This document shows positions 62,720 to 64,000 of a stretch of 64,000 bases of DNA, piece by piece; positions within the stretch are counted from its first letter, which is position 1, and every line of letters begins with the position of its first letter. Made by a program: the position numbers and the translations under genes. A model generated the notes under the pieces. It worked only from the letters and a program-made list of their open reading frames with translations, was not told the DNA's origin and searched no databases. This DNA is from Blastocystis sp. Blastoise (Eukaryota > Protista > Bigyra: Opalinata): NCBI GenBank assembly GCA_039096225.1, contig JBBPEB010000019.1, forward strand, positions 62,001 to 126,000, read 5' to 3'.

Positions 62720-63450
62720 TAAGGTTGTAAAATTTAAAAAATTGTAAAAAGGGGTTCTTAAACTAAGAGATTCGAAATTCTAAAAAATGATTTAATATAC
62801 ACTAAGCTAAATTCTACAACATATTAAAAATTAAGAGAATTTCATTTTTGAAAAGTTAATTAACAATGTGTTTGAGTTGTCTAGAAATTTTAAAGAGTTA
62901 GCTTCTTTGTTTAAAATTGTGTTTTTATTATACTATGAAAATTTTGACTTTTAAAAACAAGTTTAAAGGGGTTTATTTTTTTAAATGTAGAAATAAGTTA
63001 CTCAACGGACGAGATTCAATATAAAACATTTTATTTATCAAACTATGAACTATAGTCTAAATTATATTAAAAGAAGTGACAAAAATACTCTTGAAAAAGT
63101 GTATGACCAAATGTAAAATGTTTATAAAGAGTGTTAAAATGGTAACTAATGTATTGATAGAGTTATGTTGAGTATAGTGTTTAAATATTAGAGTTTTAAA
63201 TTAACTATAAGTGTGTCAATTTTTCAAAATGTATTAAAAAGCGTCATGAGGTCAGAGATTCAAGACATTAAACTATAATTAATAAATAATACAATGAGAT
63301 CTATACTGTGTGAAAGTTATGTCTAAAACGATTTTGATACAGTGGATATCGAAATGGTAAAGTCTCTCTAAAAGCGATATTGTTGATACTGTTATGTATA
63401 AAAATTCTATTTAGATTGATTTCATTAATATTAATTCTAAAACTATGTGT
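62720..63450. repeat. Second block of the ~245/490-bp repeat, offset ~4.35 kb
   Basis: GAGATTC at ~62767, ~63011 and ~63255; AAAGTGTATGACCAAATG at 63096. Confidence 0.8.
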
Positions 63451-63782
63451 TTAAGTCGTTAATGTGAAAATAAATGTTGATATTGTTGTGTTAAATTTGT
63501 TTTAGTTTTATGAAATGGTTAAAAATAGTTTAAACTACTTTATTCTAATCTATTTAAATTAATTTAATAAAATAAAAATATTTTTCAATACTTCACATTG
63601 TGACCCATTTCGAGATTTATTAGCTTTAGAAATTCCATAATGATTAAAAAAGTAACTAAACTATTTATAAATACAAAATATATTTAAAAAAAAATAAATA
63701 ACAAATATAATGAATCAAACAAGAATTTATATATTTTTTTTTGTTTTTAGTTTTTCAGATATTATTTAAATAATCTATTTAA

Positions 63783-63852
63783 TTCTTATATCAGGAATTG
63801 AACCTGATAACAATCAATAAATGATTGTTACTCTCCATATAGAGTATAAGAA
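63783..63852 (-). ncRNA. tRNA-like cloverleaf, copy 2
   Basis: TTCTTATA-CTCT(ATATGG)AGAG-TAACAATCA(TTTAT)TGATTGTTA-TCAGG(TTCAATT)CCTGA-TATAAGAA; stems covary with copy 1. Confidence 0.7.
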
Positions 63853-64000
63853 GTTTTATTAAAATAATGTATAATATATATAATATATTATATATAATAA
63901 GTAACATCTAATAGATAATATTTAATAAATAATACATATTATATAATATATAATATATAATATATAATATATAATATATTATAGATAATAAGGAAAGAAA

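Larger units (their letters stand above)
57499..64000 (+). mobile_element. Large insertion interrupting the transposase; Helitron-like 5' terminus; extends beyond the window
   Basis: Coding similarity stops at A|TCATTACTATTATAAAGC, which resembles Helitron 5' ends (TC after a host A). The 3' end is not in the window. Confidence 0.4.

Overview
Extremely AT-rich, intron-rich eukaryotic (protist) genomic DNA. Introns are GT(AT)...(T)AG and often filled with (TA)n/(TAA)n microsatellites, which produce most of the short poly-I/Y/L ORFs in the track. A Blastocystis-like anaerobic stramenopile is a plausible but unproven source. Bases 1-53.3 kb are gene-dense. They hold an intronless bacterial YfeX-type DyP peroxidase with a grafted organelle presequence, a WDR53-like gene, a ubiquitin-like/coiled-coil gene, Tudor-SN, and a five-gene BTB cluster (2 BTB+LRR-like, 3 BTB-TLDc, one of which lacks both shared introns). 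They also hold a FAM135-like hydrolase, a PP2C and a giant poly-Asn gene. From ~54.2 kb the DNA is mobile and repetitive. A foldback element has 536-bp TIRs and an 8-bp TSD, and an intron-containing hAT transposase is cut off at a Helitron-like junction. After that comes a ~4.3-kb directly repeated unit, the most unusual thing in the window. The unit combines ~245-bp periodic sub-repeats, a tRNA-like four-way cloverleaf with compensatory changes between its two copies, a spliced apparently non-coding minus-strand transcript running into that cloverleaf, and a divergent plus-strand chain of symmetric phase-1 micro-exons. All gene models were read by eye and need RNA-seq confirmation.
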